A stretch of 41,712 nt of DNA from an uncultured Pseudomonadales bacterium. GTDB lineage: Bacteria; Patescibacteriota; Microgenomatia; UBA1400; UBA1396. The stretch lies in contig CAYUUK010000009.1 of assembly GCA_964447905.1 (NCBI GenBank), positions 1 to 41,712 of the forward strand, given 5' to 3'. Below the pieces are notes generated by a model. It made no database searches. It was not told the origin of the DNA and was given only the letters and a program-made list of their open reading frames with translations. Of this stretch, positions 1 through 10,158 are shown piece by piece; the first letter of the stretch is position 1, and the number at the start of each line of letters is the position of its first letter. Position numbers and translations under genes: made by a program.

Positions 1-867
1 CACAGGCGGATGCGTCCGAAACAATCCTGCAAACCACCCAACAGCGTCCTTGTGATTTTTGAGCGGGTCACTGATGTACATATGGGCTGTCGCCTTGTTG
101 GCGGCTTCGAGGGGTTCGCGGTCGGCAGAAATTTTTTGCAACGCGCGCACGAGTCCTTCTGGATAGTGCGTTAGCTTAGCGGCTGAGGCATCGGCTAAAT
201 ACTCACGATTGCGTGAGATAGCCAATTGAATAAGTTGCGCCACTATTGGTGACAAAAGAGCTAACACAATACCAACGACGAACAGAATTGCTTGGAGTTG
301 TTTTCCATTGTCATTATTGGACTTTCCGCCCCAAAAGCTCCAACGCAGAAACACGTCAGCAATTAAGGCAATAAACCCAACCATAACGGAGACAACCGCC
401 ATTAAACGAATGTCATAGTTCTCAATGTGCGCCAGTTCGTGGGCCACTACTCCTTCAAGCTCGGTACGATCTAACCGGCGCAACAGGCCGGTAGTGGCAC
501 ACACTACGGCATGCTGGGGATTGCGACCGGTAGCAAAGGCATTCATCGCCGAGTCTTCAATAACGTAGAGATCCGGCATCGGCAAACGCGCCGCGAGACA
601 GAGATTTTCGGTAACCGTAAAGAACTCAAAATCGCGCTCGCGCGTGGCGGGACGTGCGCCGCTCATCGTTAAAACAATTCGATCGGAAAACCAATAAGTA
701 GCAAAGGAACCGATACCAGCCAGAATCATGGCGATGCCAACAGCACCGGGTCCGTACCCCATAACCTGCGCAAAGACCCAACTGACGGCCACCACAAAAG
801 CGGTGAACACTCCGACTATAAACCACGTCTTGCGCTTGTTACTAGCAATTTGTTGATAAACCGACAT
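1..867 (-). CDS. htpX: M48 zinc metalloprotease HtpX (3' end runs off window)
   Basis: Manual translation from ATG at 867: MSVYQQIASNKRKTWF...MNAFATGR...ELEGVVAHELAHI...LFRTHPPV. HExxH and THPP motifs; follows lemA; GGGAGGG SD upstream. Confidence 0.92.
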   Translation of the reverse strand, partial: MSVYQQIASNKRKTWFIVGVFTAFVVAVSWVFAQVMGYGPGAVGIAMILAGIGSFATYWFSDRIVLTMSGARPATRERDFEFFTVTENLCLAARLPMPDLYVIEDSAMNAFATGRNPQHAVVCATTGLLRRLDRTELEGVVAHELAHIENYDIRLMAVVSVMVGFIALIADVFLRWSFWGGKSNNDNGKQLQAILFVVGIVLALLSPIVAQLIQLAISRNREYLADASAAKLTHYPEGLVRALQKISADREPLEAANKATAHMYISDPLKNHKDAVGWFAGLFRTHPPV

Positions 868-900
868 CTTCCCTCCCTACTTTAGGAGATTTGGCCTTCG

Positions 901-1491
901 TTATAAAGAAACTTCTGGACTTTTGGTCTCGTCATCAGAAACGCTGAGGTGATCGCCATCAGTAGGCATCTGCAAACCAGCCTGCTTCTTGAAGCCAAAC
1001 ACGTTAGCGACAATATTGGATGGGAAAACCACCAATTGTTGGTTGTACTGCTGAGACAAGTCGATCACTGCGCGGCGGGCATAGGTGACTTTATCGGCGG
1101 TGTCCCGCAACTCAGCCATGAACTGTTGCACGGTTTCGTTGCTTTTCATCTCTGGATTGTCTTCCATGACTACTTGGAGTTTTGGCAAGATAGCCTGAAT
1201 GTGTCTTTCGGCTTGCTCGATGGCGCTGGCGGAACCAGTTTCCACGGCTTCGTTCACGCTCTTGCGAGCGGCGGTAAGCATCTCAAAGATAGACTTCTCT
1301 TGCTTCAAGATAGCTTTAGCCGACTTTTCCAAATTTGGAATCAAGTTGGCTTGGCGCTTGAGTTGGTTACCAATTTCTTGCGTGGCGGCTTCAATTTGCG
1401 TCAGCAAGGCTTGTAGGCCGTTGTAGACAGAAACCACGTAGAATGCGCCGGCCAGTAAGGCTACGGCAACAATTATCAGTAAAATATTCAT
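901..1491 (-). CDS. lemA: LemA family protein
   Basis: N-terminal TM then YNGL...QLKRQANLIPNL...FPSNIVANVFGF; classic lemA-htpX pair. Confidence 0.93.
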   Translation of the reverse strand: MNILLIIVAVALLAGAFYVVSVYNGLQALLTQIEAATQEIGNQLKRQANLIPNLEKSAKAILKQEKSIFEMLTAARKSVNEAVETGSASAIEQAERHIQAILPKLQVVMEDNPEMKSNETVQQFMAELRDTADKVTYARRAVIDLSQQYNQQLVVFPSNIVANVFGFKKQAGLQMPTDGDHLSVSDDETKSPEVSL

Positions 1492-1566
1492 CAGGAACTC
1501 CTTTTCTTCTATATAGATGTAGTATACAACGTGGAAAGAAAGGGAACAAAGAGTAACTCAAAAAAA

Positions 1567-1643
1567 TGGCGGTCGCGACCGGACTCGAACCGGCGGTCTC
1601 CTCTGTGACAGAGAGGTATGTTAACCAGCTACACCACGCGACC
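1567..1643 (-). tRNA. tRNA-Asp(GUC)
   Basis: Cloverleaf GGTCGCG...CCTCT-CT-GTC-AC-AGAGG...GGTTCGAGTCC...CGCGACC-G-CCA. Confidence 0.96.
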
Positions 1644-1934
1644 ATGCGAGATGAGAAAGTTATTGTATCACGGAGTGAGCAAAAGAGAAGATTATATTTT
1701 TGATCTTTGGCGGGTTCATTATAATACGACCAGAAATGTCACTTTCACGTCACTTGATGCGCTGGCCGATGCAGTCTTCCAAAAGTATTTACGATAAAAC
1801 TGGTGCGTTCCCTCTTGCCAGCTGACTAAAAATCATATACGGTAACTTATAATCTTTGTGAAAAAGATAGTAATGAGGAAAAAGGGTCTCAGGCTTAAAA
1901 GATTAAATTCCTGAAACCAAAAGTAGGGAGGAAA

Positions 1935-2498
1935 ATGGCCAATCAAGGCAATAGTAAACCTAAAGTAACGATTCCAAATGACAGTGAGTCTATTATCAGT
2001 ATGATTCTCGGAGCAATGGTGGTGCTCGTTATTGGCGCCTTGGCTTTCTCATACCTGCGCAACTGGCGACAAAACCAAGCCAGTAACGCTGAAAATGAGA
2101 ACAACGCTGAAAACACGGAAGAAAATGTCATTGAAGTCACAGAACTTCCTACCGAAGTCATGACTGAAATGGATGAAGCGGGACAAGAAATCCCCACCAA
2201 CTTACCAGCACGCTACACCGTGCAAGATGGCGACTCTACCTGGCAAATTGCCGAGGCTTTCTATGGTTCTGGTTTCAACTACGTGGACATTGAGGCTGAA
2301 AACAGCTTAACTCCTGATCAAGCACTGACACCAGGCATGCAACTTACTATTCCTCGTGTTTCCGTCCGAACCGCTGAACACGCCGGAGTTCCACGCGGAG
2401 CCATGACTGAAACTGTTCAAGAAATGCAAGAACAGTATGAAACTGCCGAGTCTCCCCCGACCAAAGGTGGTATGAACTCTGAGTACGATTCTGAGTAA
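1935..2498 (+). CDS. Membrane-anchored LysM peptidoglycan-binding protein
   Basis: One TM helix, acidic linker, LysM YTVQDGDSTWQIAEAFYG...LTPGMQLTIP; GGGAGG SD. Confidence 0.88.
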   Translation: MANQGNSKPKVTIPNDSESIISMILGAMVVLVIGALAFSYLRNWRQNQASNAENENNAENTEENVIEVTELPTEVMTEMDEAGQEIPTNLPARYTVQDGDSTWQIAEAFYGSGFNYVDIEAENSLTPDQALTPGMQLTIPRVSVRTAEHAGVPRGAMTETVQEMQEQYETAESPPTKGGMNSEYDSE

Positions 2499-2535
2499 TC
2501 CTGTTAGTATCAATATAATTTTGTTTTGATTTTGA

Positions 2536-2566
2536 GTTCGGCTTTCGCCTCTGGCGAAAGCCGAAC
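2536..2566. repeat. Perfect 14-bp inverted repeat (intergenic hairpin)
   Basis: GTTCGGCTTTCGCC-TCT-GGCGAAAGCCGAAC; no clear U-tract on either strand. Confidence 0.7.
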
Positions 2567-2602
2567 AAACGCAACTTCCGTTTTCCTCCACTCCGCGGTA
2601 AA

Positions 2603-4603
2603 ATGCGTTGCATGCACGCGGAAACGCTTATCATTGCCGTTCTCTTCAGTGGTCTCTTTTTGGCCATCACTGCTGTACTGCAAACTGTCGTACGCCGCAG
2701 TAATGTACCGTACACCGTTGCGCTGCTCGTCGTAGGTTTTATTGGGCAGTACGTCCTCAATTCTAGCGGCATTGAGAATCCCCTTTCACTCGAAACAGAC
2801 TTGATTTACTTTGTGCTGCTCCCACTCCTTCTCTATGAGTCGGCTTTTCACATTAATTTTCACCAGTTTCAACTCCAGTTCAAAACAATTACTTTCAATG
2901 CCACTTTTGGTGTTTTGCTTTCAACTGGAATCATAGCTGTACTTCTCAACCAATTCCTCGGAATGGAGTTACTCTACGGACTGCTCTTTGGCGCCCTTAT
3001 TTCTGCCACGGACCCTATCGCTGTGCTCGCCCTCTTTAAAGAACTGGGTGCCCCAAAGCGTCTTGGACTGCTTGCAGAAGGTGAAAGCATGTTCAACGAT
3101 GCCACTGCGGTTATCTTATTCCGCGTGATCAGCGGATTTGTAGTGGCCGATCAACTGTTTGCTACTGTTGACTTGGCATACAATGTACTCGACTTTACCT
3201 ATGTCTTCATTGGGAGCTTGCTCTTTGGATTTATAGCTGCCTTTGTTACTTCACTGTTCATCTCGAGCATTAAAAACGATCGCTTGGTAGAAACAACGCT
3301 GACCATTGCGCTCTCACTCATTACTTTTGTTGCTGCGGAGCATTTCTTCCATCTCTCTGGCGTCATTGCTACTGTGGCCGCTGGTCTCACCATGGGAAAT
3401 ATTGGTCGTACCAAGATATCCTCACCAGTTATCTCTTTCATGGAAGAACTATGGGAGTACATTGGTTTTATTGCTGTCTCACTGGTATTCTTCTTTGCTG
3501 GTCTGGACCTCGATATCGCCGGCATCATTGCGCAACCATACAATGTTCTCCTTGTGATTTTGGCGGTGCTCATCAGCCGCGCCATCTCCACCTATGCCAG
3601 TTACTTTTTCTCAAACACCCTCCCATTCTTCAAAAATGAACCAAATGTGTTTCTCAAGTGGCAACACGTTTTAAACTGGGGCGGTTTGCGTGGTGTCATT
3701 CCGCTGGTGTTGGTGTATTCATTGCCGTATGACTTCGTACTGCGCGACGAATTTATTGCCTACACTCTGGCCACGTTCTTGTTCACTATGCTGGTAAACG
3801 CCACAACTATTCGCAAACTGCTCATGAAACTTGGTTTACACCTGCCAAAACGAGAAGAAGAGATTATTAAAGAAGAAACGAGCATCTTTACTATCCAAGA
3901 AGCAAAAAAGCGACTAGAAGAGTTTTCCGAGCACGAGTTTTCTCGAGTGGTCATTAAAGATGTGCAACGAAACCTTTCAGAAAAGGAAAAGAAGCACCAA
4001 CGTCGCTTAGCAGAACTCGCCACTCCCCGCGAACTGGTGAAAAGTCTCCGACTGGAAGTAATTGAGATCGAGCGTCGCACGATTCAACGCCTTTATGACC
4101 AGGAGCACATTAGTGAAAATGTTCTCAACACATTTAAAACAGAACTTGACCTGCAACAAGATGCGCTCGAGTACCCAGAGCTTTATGCTGGTCGAGGGTA
4201 CCGGGCCGGTGGTCGAATAGATAGTCAAGAAAACTTCTTGTCTCGACTCGGTCGTATCAAAGACTGGATTCAACACTTCCCACTTCCCATTATTCAGAAT
4301 TGGTTGGTCCAGAATGAAACCCAGTTGGTGATGGGCCGCTTGTCGCTCCTACAAGCCCGTATTGTGGCCAGCAGCGAAGCCATTACCTACCTGGAGCACG
4401 TGGCTGGGTTACTGGACAACGACAAACAGGCTCTCCGAATTATCGACAATGTTCGCTGCGAACACGAACAGTTCCGCTTGAAGAACAACTTCCAGATGCA
4501 AATTATCGAACGCAATTACTCCCGTCTCTTCCAAGAGTTTGAACGCCATTTAGTGGAAACCCTGGCCTGGAAGAAAGACGGAACAGAAACAGCTACGCAC
4601 TAA
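2603..4603 (+). CDS. CPA1-family Na+/H+ antiporter with long cytoplasmic C-terminus (start may be 2612)
   Basis: Many TM helices; ISATDPIAV, GESMFNDA and WGGLRGVI motifs. Confidence 0.92.
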   Translation: MRCMHAETLIIAVLFSGLFLAITAVLQTVVRRSNVPYTVALLVVGFIGQYVLNSSGIENPLSLETDLIYFVLLPLLLYESAFHINFHQFQLQFKTITFNATFGVLLSTGIIAVLLNQFLGMELLYGLLFGALISATDPIAVLALFKELGAPKRLGLLAEGESMFNDATAVILFRVISGFVVADQLFATVDLAYNVLDFTYVFIGSLLFGFIAAFVTSLFISSIKNDRLVETTLTIALSLITFVAAEHFFHLSGVIATVAAGLTMGNIGRTKISSPVISFMEELWEYIGFIAVSLVFFFAGLDLDIAGIIAQPYNVLLVILAVLISRAISTYASYFFSNTLPFFKNEPNVFLKWQHVLNWGGLRGVIPLVLVYSLPYDFVLRDEFIAYTLATFLFTMLVNATTIRKLLMKLGLHLPKREEEIIKEETSIFTIQEAKKRLEEFSEHEFSRVVIKDVQRNLSEKEKKHQRRLAELATPRELVKSLRLEVIEIERRTIQRLYDQEHISENVLNTFKTELDLQQDALEYPELYAGRGYRAGGRIDSQENFLSRLGRIKDWIQHFPLPIIQNWLVQNETQLVMGRLSLLQARIVASSEAITYLEHVAGLLDNDKQALRIIDNVRCEHEQFRLKNNFQMQIIERNYSRLFQEFERHLVETLAWKKDGTETATH

Positions 4604-4616
4604 GAGAAAGGGAATC

Positions 4617-4886
4617 ATGACCGAAAGATACACTGCCTACGCTCAAAACTGGACACGAGCTAACACCGATGCCGCGGCTGGCTATTCCTTACACATGTCT
4701 AAAGATGACGCAGAAAAATTTAGCAGTGAAAAAGATTTTGAGCTCTCGGCTCCAGGTGGCGTCTTTGCTGTTATTATCACGAAAAATCTGTACCAAATTC
4801 TTCAACAAGCAAGACATACTGGAAAATCTGGTATTCACTACGCACATGCCGAGCATGTCGCTCCAGGCTCACAAATTCTTGCGTAA
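4617..4886 (+). CDS. Hypothetical protein (89 aa)
   Basis: ATG with AAAGGGA SD just after the antiporter; fills the gap. Confidence 0.55.
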   Translation: MTERYTAYAQNWTRANTDAAAGYSLHMSKDDAEKFSSEKDFELSAPGGVFAVIITKNLYQILQQARHTGKSGIHYAHAEHVAPGSQILA

Positions 4887-4956
4887 CGTTTGTTTGACAA
4901 AGCCGTAGCCTCTACTTCGTCCTGAAGCTGTAAAAAAAGCACGCATACGCGTACTT

Positions 4957-4982
4957 CTTTTTTTAGAGCCGACGGTGGGATT
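4957..4982 (-). repeat. 26-bp direct repeat of the tRNA-Thr 3' end (identical to 5123-5148)
   Basis: ctttttttagagccgacggtgggatt occurs at both positions. Confidence 0.85.
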
Positions 4983-5132
4983 TTACGACTCTGCTCGCTC
5001 CCACTCGCTTCGCATGCACTAGGGTTGTTTCGTATTCATTTATTTTCGGTATACTCACCCCGGCGGAACCCAATTGGCTTTGCATTGACCAACATAGGCT
5101 CCAAAAAAAGACGCTCAAGCGCCTTTTTTTAG

Positions 5133-5204
5133 AGCCGACGGTGGGATTCGAACCCACGACCTACGGTTTACGATACCGCCGCTCTACCACTGAGCTACGT
5201 CGGC
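5133..5204 (-). tRNA. tRNA-Thr(CGU), CCA not encoded
   Basis: GCCGACG...GCGGT-AT-CGT-AA-ACCGT...GGGTTCGAATCCC...CGTCGGC-T. Confidence 0.94.
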
Positions 5205-5294
5205 AATGAGAACTGTATTGTATCATTCATTCGAGAGTTAGCCGAGAGAGAGTGCTCAAATCAGAAAATGCTTCCTGTCGATCTTTCTTCTATC

Positions 5295-5303
5295 TGGTAT
5301 AAT
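5295..5303 (+). promoter_or_regulatory. Extended -10 promoter for tRNA-Gln
   Basis: TGGTATAAT about 30 nt upstream of the tRNA. Confidence 0.55.
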
Positions 5304-5334
5304 GATTTTTCGTTCCAGTAACGAACCCTATTTT

Positions 5335-5405
5335 TGCCGGATGGTGAAATGGCATCACAGCGGCCTTTGGAGCCGTTATTCTAGGTTCGAATCCTAGTCC
5401 GGCAG
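5335..5405 (+). tRNA. tRNA-Gln(UUG)
   Basis: TGCCGGA...GCGGC-CT-TTG-GA-GCCGT...GGTTCGAATCC...TCCGGCA-G; U1-A72 typical of Gln. Confidence 0.95.
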
Positions 5406-5406
5406 C

Positions 5407-5434
5407 AAAAAAAAACAGCGTATGCTGTTTTTTT
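5407..5434. terminator. Bidirectional intrinsic terminator
   Basis: A-run-CAGCG-TA-TGCTG-T-run between the convergent tRNA-Gln and oxidoreductase. Confidence 0.6.
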
Positions 5435-5478
5435 GTACTAGTGGAATGGCTGAGTTGTAGCTACGAGCCAGAAACTTT

Positions 5479-7017
5479 CTAAAAACCAGGAAAATAATCA
5501 GTCTGAATAGCTCTCTCAGGAACGCCACTCTCTTGCAGGACCGCTTTGTACGCATCCACCATCGCATTCGGACCAGAGAGATAATACGTCGGCACTTTGA
5601 GATCAACAATATATCGAGAAAGCATTTCTTTAGTAATGTACCCAGTTTCACCTGCCCACTTTTTCGGCAAGTGCTCTGTGTCGGTAAGCACGTATACGAG
5701 TGTGATACCAAGTGACTTCGCTGCAGCGTCAAATACCGCTCGATACGTAATGTCTTCTTCTCGACGATTCACATAGAAAAAAGTAATGTCGCGTTGTTGC
5801 TTAGTATCTACTGCGTACTGAATCATACTTCGAAATGGCGTTACCCCAATTCCACCGGCAATAAACACTACTGGCTGATTGTGATCCTCTGGCAAAGTAA
5901 AGTCACCAGCCACCTGGTCAGCAACAATGGTTTCACCCGGTTTCATTTCCAGCAACTGCCGTTTATAGGAACTTGGATTTTCTGGAATACGAATACCGAG
6001 CTGTACCAGCTCCTCGGTTGGAGAGGAAGCAAGCGTAAAGTACCGTCGCACCCCACGCGCGTCACTGTTCTCATGCGGAAAAGTCCACTCCATGTACTGA
6101 CCGGGCTCAAACTCAAGCTGACGAGAAGGAGAAAAATAAAACTGATACGTGTTTCGGGCAATTTCTTCTCTCTTTTTCAACTGTAAAAACACTCTATACC
6201 TTGGGTCCAGTACGAATGAAAAAGCATTCCCAAGTACGAGCGCCAACTCTGGCGAGGAAAACAAAGGTCCAATCTGAAACGGAATACCAAACAGAAAACC
6301 AACCAAGGATCCATACGCAAGGCGCATTTTTTTAGTAGCTGGAGTCGTCAGTGGTTCGGTCAACATAAAACCGGCAAAAAATGCAATCGGCCATGAGGCG
6401 TATAACTCATACGCAAACTGTGTCCACGAACTCCCGAGTTGCCATGCACTCCAACCTAGCCCAATACTGGCTGTGGCCAAAAAAGCCAGCACCATGCCAA
6501 AACGGCGAATTTTCCGCACAACTAACACTCCCAAAACCAGCGCAAACGGAGCCAGTGCGGGAGTAGCCACCCACCAGCTCGCAATAGGCACACCAAGCAG
6601 CATCGCCAAAACTAAAGCAATCGCTACAGGATTAAAGATATGCTTTTTATTCCAGATAAAAATGAACTTTGAGGCCATTGCCAATACACACACGGATGCA
6701 AGCCTACCAACGTCTTGAAGATTTGCGGGTGGAGTGAGCACAAAAAAGAGAATCGCGTTCGTTATCCACACTGACTCACGGTTGACCGGAACTTTGAGTT
6801 GCCAAGCATACAACTCATTCGCGCCGTACCCGACAGCAGCCAAAATAAGGCCACTTAACACAAGCTGCCACCAGGCATAGGAAAGCACCCCGAGCACACT
6901 CAACACAAATGCCACCACAGCAAGCAGCACTAGATTGCCGAGTACGACGGTATACATGGTGTATCCGTTCAAAAAAGAATCAATCGGGTGCCAGAGTTTT
7001 TGGAGTTTCTGTAGCAT
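5479..7017 (-). CDS. NqrB/RnfD-like membrane domain fused to FNR-type FAD/NAD(P)-binding oxidoreductase
   Basis: KHIFNPVA and FMLTEPLTTP (RnfD/NqrB); RYFTLASSP, FIAGGIGVTPFRSM and YYLSGP (FNR). Confidence 0.9.
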   Translation of the reverse strand: MLQKLQKLWHPIDSFLNGYTMYTVVLGNLVLLAVVAFVLSVLGVLSYAWWQLVLSGLILAAVGYGANELYAWQLKVPVNRESVWITNAILFFVLTPPANLQDVGRLASVCVLAMASKFIFIWNKKHIFNPVAIALVLAMLLGVPIASWWVATPALAPFALVLGVLVVRKIRRFGMVLAFLATASIGLGWSAWQLGSSWTQFAYELYASWPIAFFAGFMLTEPLTTPATKKMRLAYGSLVGFLFGIPFQIGPLFSSPELALVLGNAFSFVLDPRYRVFLQLKKREEIARNTYQFYFSPSRQLEFEPGQYMEWTFPHENSDARGVRRYFTLASSPTEELVQLGIRIPENPSSYKRQLLEMKPGETIVADQVAGDFTLPEDHNQPVVFIAGGIGVTPFRSMIQYAVDTKQQRDITFFYVNRREEDITYRAVFDAAAKSLGITLVYVLTDTEHLPKKWAGETGYITKEMLSRYIVDLKVPTYYLSGPNAMVDAYKAVLQESGVPERAIQTDYFPGF

Positions 7018-7049
7018 TCTGTGTTCCTTTCAGCGTTCAATCTGACGAT

Positions 7050-7961
7050 TCAGTCTTGTGTTTCTGTCGAGCTCTTTATAAACAGTTCTCCCGGAAAATT
7101 CGGTGAGTATCGCACTTTCATCGTATCGTATACAATCACGTACTCAAAAGATGCAAATGCGTCTAACCGACTTGGCTCCACCAAAAACAGCGCAGTTGCT
7201 AGCGCGTCGGCCAAAAGAGTGGTGTCGGCATGTACCCAGGTGGCTAAAACGTGCTCGGTCGGTCGAGCAGTGCGAGCATCAATAATGTGGTGATACTCTC
7301 CCCAAGTTCGCCGCGACGTGCCTGATGCAGCTAAACTCCCTTGGCTTATTTCCGCCACACCAATAACCAGCTGCGAATCGAGCGGATGCTCTAGTCCAAC
7401 CCGCAGTGGAGAATCGCTCAACCTCTTCACCGCAATATCACCGCTCCCATCTACACAATACTGCGAGACGCCTTCGGACGATAACATACCAACCAAGATA
7501 TCAACCAGATACCCTTTTCCTGCTGCACCGAAATCAAACAAGGCGGGCTGGTGTAAATGGATCTCACACTCACTCAACTGGGCAACCACATCACTCCATT
7601 GCGGAATCTTAGTAACCGTACCGTTTGGCCGCAAAGAGTACTGCGCATCATACCCAGCATCTTCCAAAGTCTCACCAATAAATGGAGTAAAACGACCTTG
7701 CGTGGAGTGGTACAACTCCTCATACAGCTGCAACAACGGCGAAGCATCTTGCGGCAAAGTATGCAAACCGCTCTCACGAGCCAGTTCCGCAATCCACCCA
7801 TCCGAGCGAAATCGCGAGTAATGCCGGTCAAACTCTTCCACACGAGAGTGCACAGTACTCAAGAAACGTTCCGGGCTCCAAGTTGGCGGGGCATCCCAGA
7901 CATCTAGCTGCCAAGTTGTACCAATAGCAGAAAAACTCTGCTGCCAGTACGTACTAGCCAT
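7050..7961 (-). CDS. apbE: FAD:protein FMN transferase
   Basis: AIGT, SRFRSD, DFGAAGKGYLVD, ASGT, HHIIDAR and ADALATA motifs. Confidence 0.92.
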   Translation of the reverse strand: MASTYWQQSFSAIGTTWQLDVWDAPPTWSPERFLSTVHSRVEEFDRHYSRFRSDGWIAELARESGLHTLPQDASPLLQLYEELYHSTQGRFTPFIGETLEDAGYDAQYSLRPNGTVTKIPQWSDVVAQLSECEIHLHQPALFDFGAAGKGYLVDILVGMLSSEGVSQYCVDGSGDIAVKRLSDSPLRVGLEHPLDSQLVIGVAEISQGSLAASGTSRRTWGEYHHIIDARTARPTEHVLATWVHADTTLLADALATALFLVEPSRLDAFASFEYVIVYDTMKVRYSPNFPGELFIKSSTETQD

Positions 7962-7976
7962 GGAGCGCTTTCCGCA

Positions 7977-8510
7977 TTACACGCGTGCTTGCGCTTTTAC
8001 TTGCTCGAGAGCGTCATTAAACCCTTTCGGCGTCAATGAGGCGCCAGCCAGCTTATCAAGCTGTACACTCTCGATTGACTTACCAACCACCACCGCTTCC
8101 TGCTCAGCGGCAAATGCCTCCTGCTTCTGCAGGGAAATTGGCCGAGAGGCAAGTGGAGTAACTTCAGAGGAAACAATGATGCCGTCTTGGAGTTCAATGG
8201 TCACTTCAATTTCTTCGGCACCGCCAGGAGAGGTGTAGGCACCAGTCACGCTGTAAGAACCATCTCTGTACTCGCCAGACATATCGGAACCGCTGGTGTC
8301 AGCGTCAGACGCGTTTGCGGAGTTAGTATCAGGTGACTGTTGCGTTGTTGAAGGAGAAGCGTCAGATGAGGAAGAGGGTTGCATTTGGGTATAGGCCAAG
8401 ACACCAACAGCACCAACGGCCAAAGCTCCTAAGACAATTGCCCCTACTGGGAAAGCTTGGCCTTCTCGAGGTGTGTTGCTTTTTTCAGCCTGATTCACGT
8501 TTTCTGCCAT
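7977..8510 (-). CDS. Membrane-anchored FMN-binding (flavinylated) protein
   Basis: Likely start ATG 8510 with AGGAGG SD; TM helix, Ser-rich linker, YRDGSY...LAGASLTPKGF flavinylation-type motif. Confidence 0.85.
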   Translation of the reverse strand: MAENVNQAEKSNTPREGQAFPVGAIVLGALAVGAVGVLAYTQMQPSSSSDASPSTTQQSPDTNSANASDADTSGSDMSGEYRDGSYSVTGAYTSPGGAEEIEVTIELQDGIIVSSEVTPLASRPISLQKQEAFAAEQEAVVVGKSIESVQLDKLAGASLTPKGFNDALEQVKAQARV

Positions 8511-8645
8511 GGGGCCTCCTTTTTTTTCGTGCGAAGATACCAGTATACGCAAAAAGTACGAACAGACAAAAGGTTACTTTTGAGTGACCACCTCAAAACA
8601 TCAGGCTTGCCAGAGAGAAGACACTCTCTTATAATCACACCAAGT

Positions 8646-10157
8646 ATGATGAATCGTATCCGTCCCTTTTTCACTGCCCTTACCCTTATTGCTCTCTGTT
8701 GTAGTGCCCTCGCACTTCCCGCCTCAGCTTCCGCTCGTATTTCTTACGGCAGTGGTGAGTACACGAACCTCTGCGGCTCCGGAACAGAAGCAACTCACAA
8801 CACCTGTGGTGGCTCTTGTAATACTTTTGAAGGACGCTGTTCCTACCCACAAGCCTCAGTGGTGCGCTATGTGTGTGACGGACGCCAAACAGAGTGTCGT
8901 CAAAATGAGTCCGACTTTAGCTTAATGCAGTCCGTACAGGGTGTAGGGTGTGGAAAAACAGTCCAGATCGATGTCTTCAGCAAACAGTGCCGCTCCGGCA
9001 ATGGCGACTGGACTTGTGGTGACGGAGATCTTAAAGACTACATGGTCTGGTACTCTGGCGACTGTTCGAGCAGTGAACGACCCAACCCATCTGATCCAGG
9101 CGAATCCTGCCGAGACTACGAGCCAATCAATACGCAATTCCGTAAAGCTAACGACTCCACCTGGATAAGTGGGAACGACATCACGGCCCAAAATCTGAGC
9201 CAAGGACAAAAAATCGATGTAAACTGTTTTGCCAAAAATGGAAACGATCTCTTACCTGGCGCAAAAATCGAGATTACCTTTACCAACAACCGTACCGAAA
9301 CAAAACACACTAGCGTACTGCGCAATTACCAACTAAATGACTATGGCTCCTATCGCTTCCGCTGCTACTCCACCACTCTCAACAACTGTTCAGACAGCGA
9401 TTCTTTACGTGTCCAACGAACGCAATCAGGAAGCACTCCAACCCCCACGCCCACAGCTACTCCAGATGACCACACCAGCCAATGTACCGACTTGGCCATT
9501 ACCAGTGGAGACAATGGTACTGTACCCGCTACCGTTCGCTTCCGAGTAACTGGAAACGACAACAAAGGAAACATCCAACAGTACCGCATCTATTTTGGTG
9601 ATGGCACCAAAGAAGAGGCTGCTGGTGATGAGTTCTCACACACCTATGAATCCTCTGGCACTTTTACAGCCAGAGCGGATGTGAAAGACAGCCGCGGACA
9701 ATGGGTCTCCAGCTCAGCCTGTGAAACAACCGTGCGCGTTCAAGCACGCAGTATCGAGTCACACAAATCAGAGTGTTCCAATGTATTCGTGACAGAAGGA
9801 AATCACCGACGCTCACCCTCAACCGTCAAGCTCAAAGTAACGGGCTATGATAACAAAGGTGGCCTCCAACGCTACAAACTTGACTTTGGAAATGGTGTCG
9901 TCAAAGAAAGCACCGGTCAAACGTTTGAGCAAGTCTACTCCGAACCCGGCACCTATACCGTGCGTGGATATGTACAAGACTCGCAAGGAGACTGGAAGGG
10001 CGGAACCAAAACCTGTGAAACAACCGTCTACATTGAAACAGCCCCGCTGACCAAACAGCCAGAAACCGGTATGCCAACTGCATTTGGAATCTTTGGCATT
10101 ACCTCCGGATTCATTGGAAGCGTAGCCTTCATGCGAGCACGAGCCTTGCGTGGCTGA
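8646..10157 (+). CDS. Secreted Cys-rich protein with two PKD-like domains and a sortase-type sorting signal
   Basis: Signal peptide from ATG 8646; Cys-rich N-domain; two repeats (IYFGDG...HTYESSGTF and LDFGNG...VYSEPGTY); QPETG + TM + basic tail. Confidence 0.8.
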   Translation: MMNRIRPFFTALTLIALCCSALALPASASARISYGSGEYTNLCGSGTEATHNTCGGSCNTFEGRCSYPQASVVRYVCDGRQTECRQNESDFSLMQSVQGVGCGKTVQIDVFSKQCRSGNGDWTCGDGDLKDYMVWYSGDCSSSERPNPSDPGESCRDYEPINTQFRKANDSTWISGNDITAQNLSQGQKIDVNCFAKNGNDLLPGAKIEITFTNNRTETKHTSVLRNYQLNDYGSYRFRCYSTTLNNCSDSDSLRVQRTQSGSTPTPTPTATPDDHTSQCTDLAITSGDNGTVPATVRFRVTGNDNKGNIQQYRIYFGDGTKEEAAGDEFSHTYESSGTFTARADVKDSRGQWVSSSACETTVRVQARSIESHKSECSNVFVTEGNHRRSPSTVKLKVTGYDNKGGLQRYKLDFGNGVVKESTGQTFEQVYSEPGTYTVRGYVQDSQGDWKGGTKTCETTVYIETAPLTKQPETGMPTAFGIFGITSGFIGSVAFMRARALRG

Positions 10158-10158
10158 T

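Noticed and set aside
626-1426. Short alternative-frame and antisense ORFs over htpX/lemA (and similar ones throughout)
   Set aside because: They are shadows of well-supported genes and have no motifs of their own.
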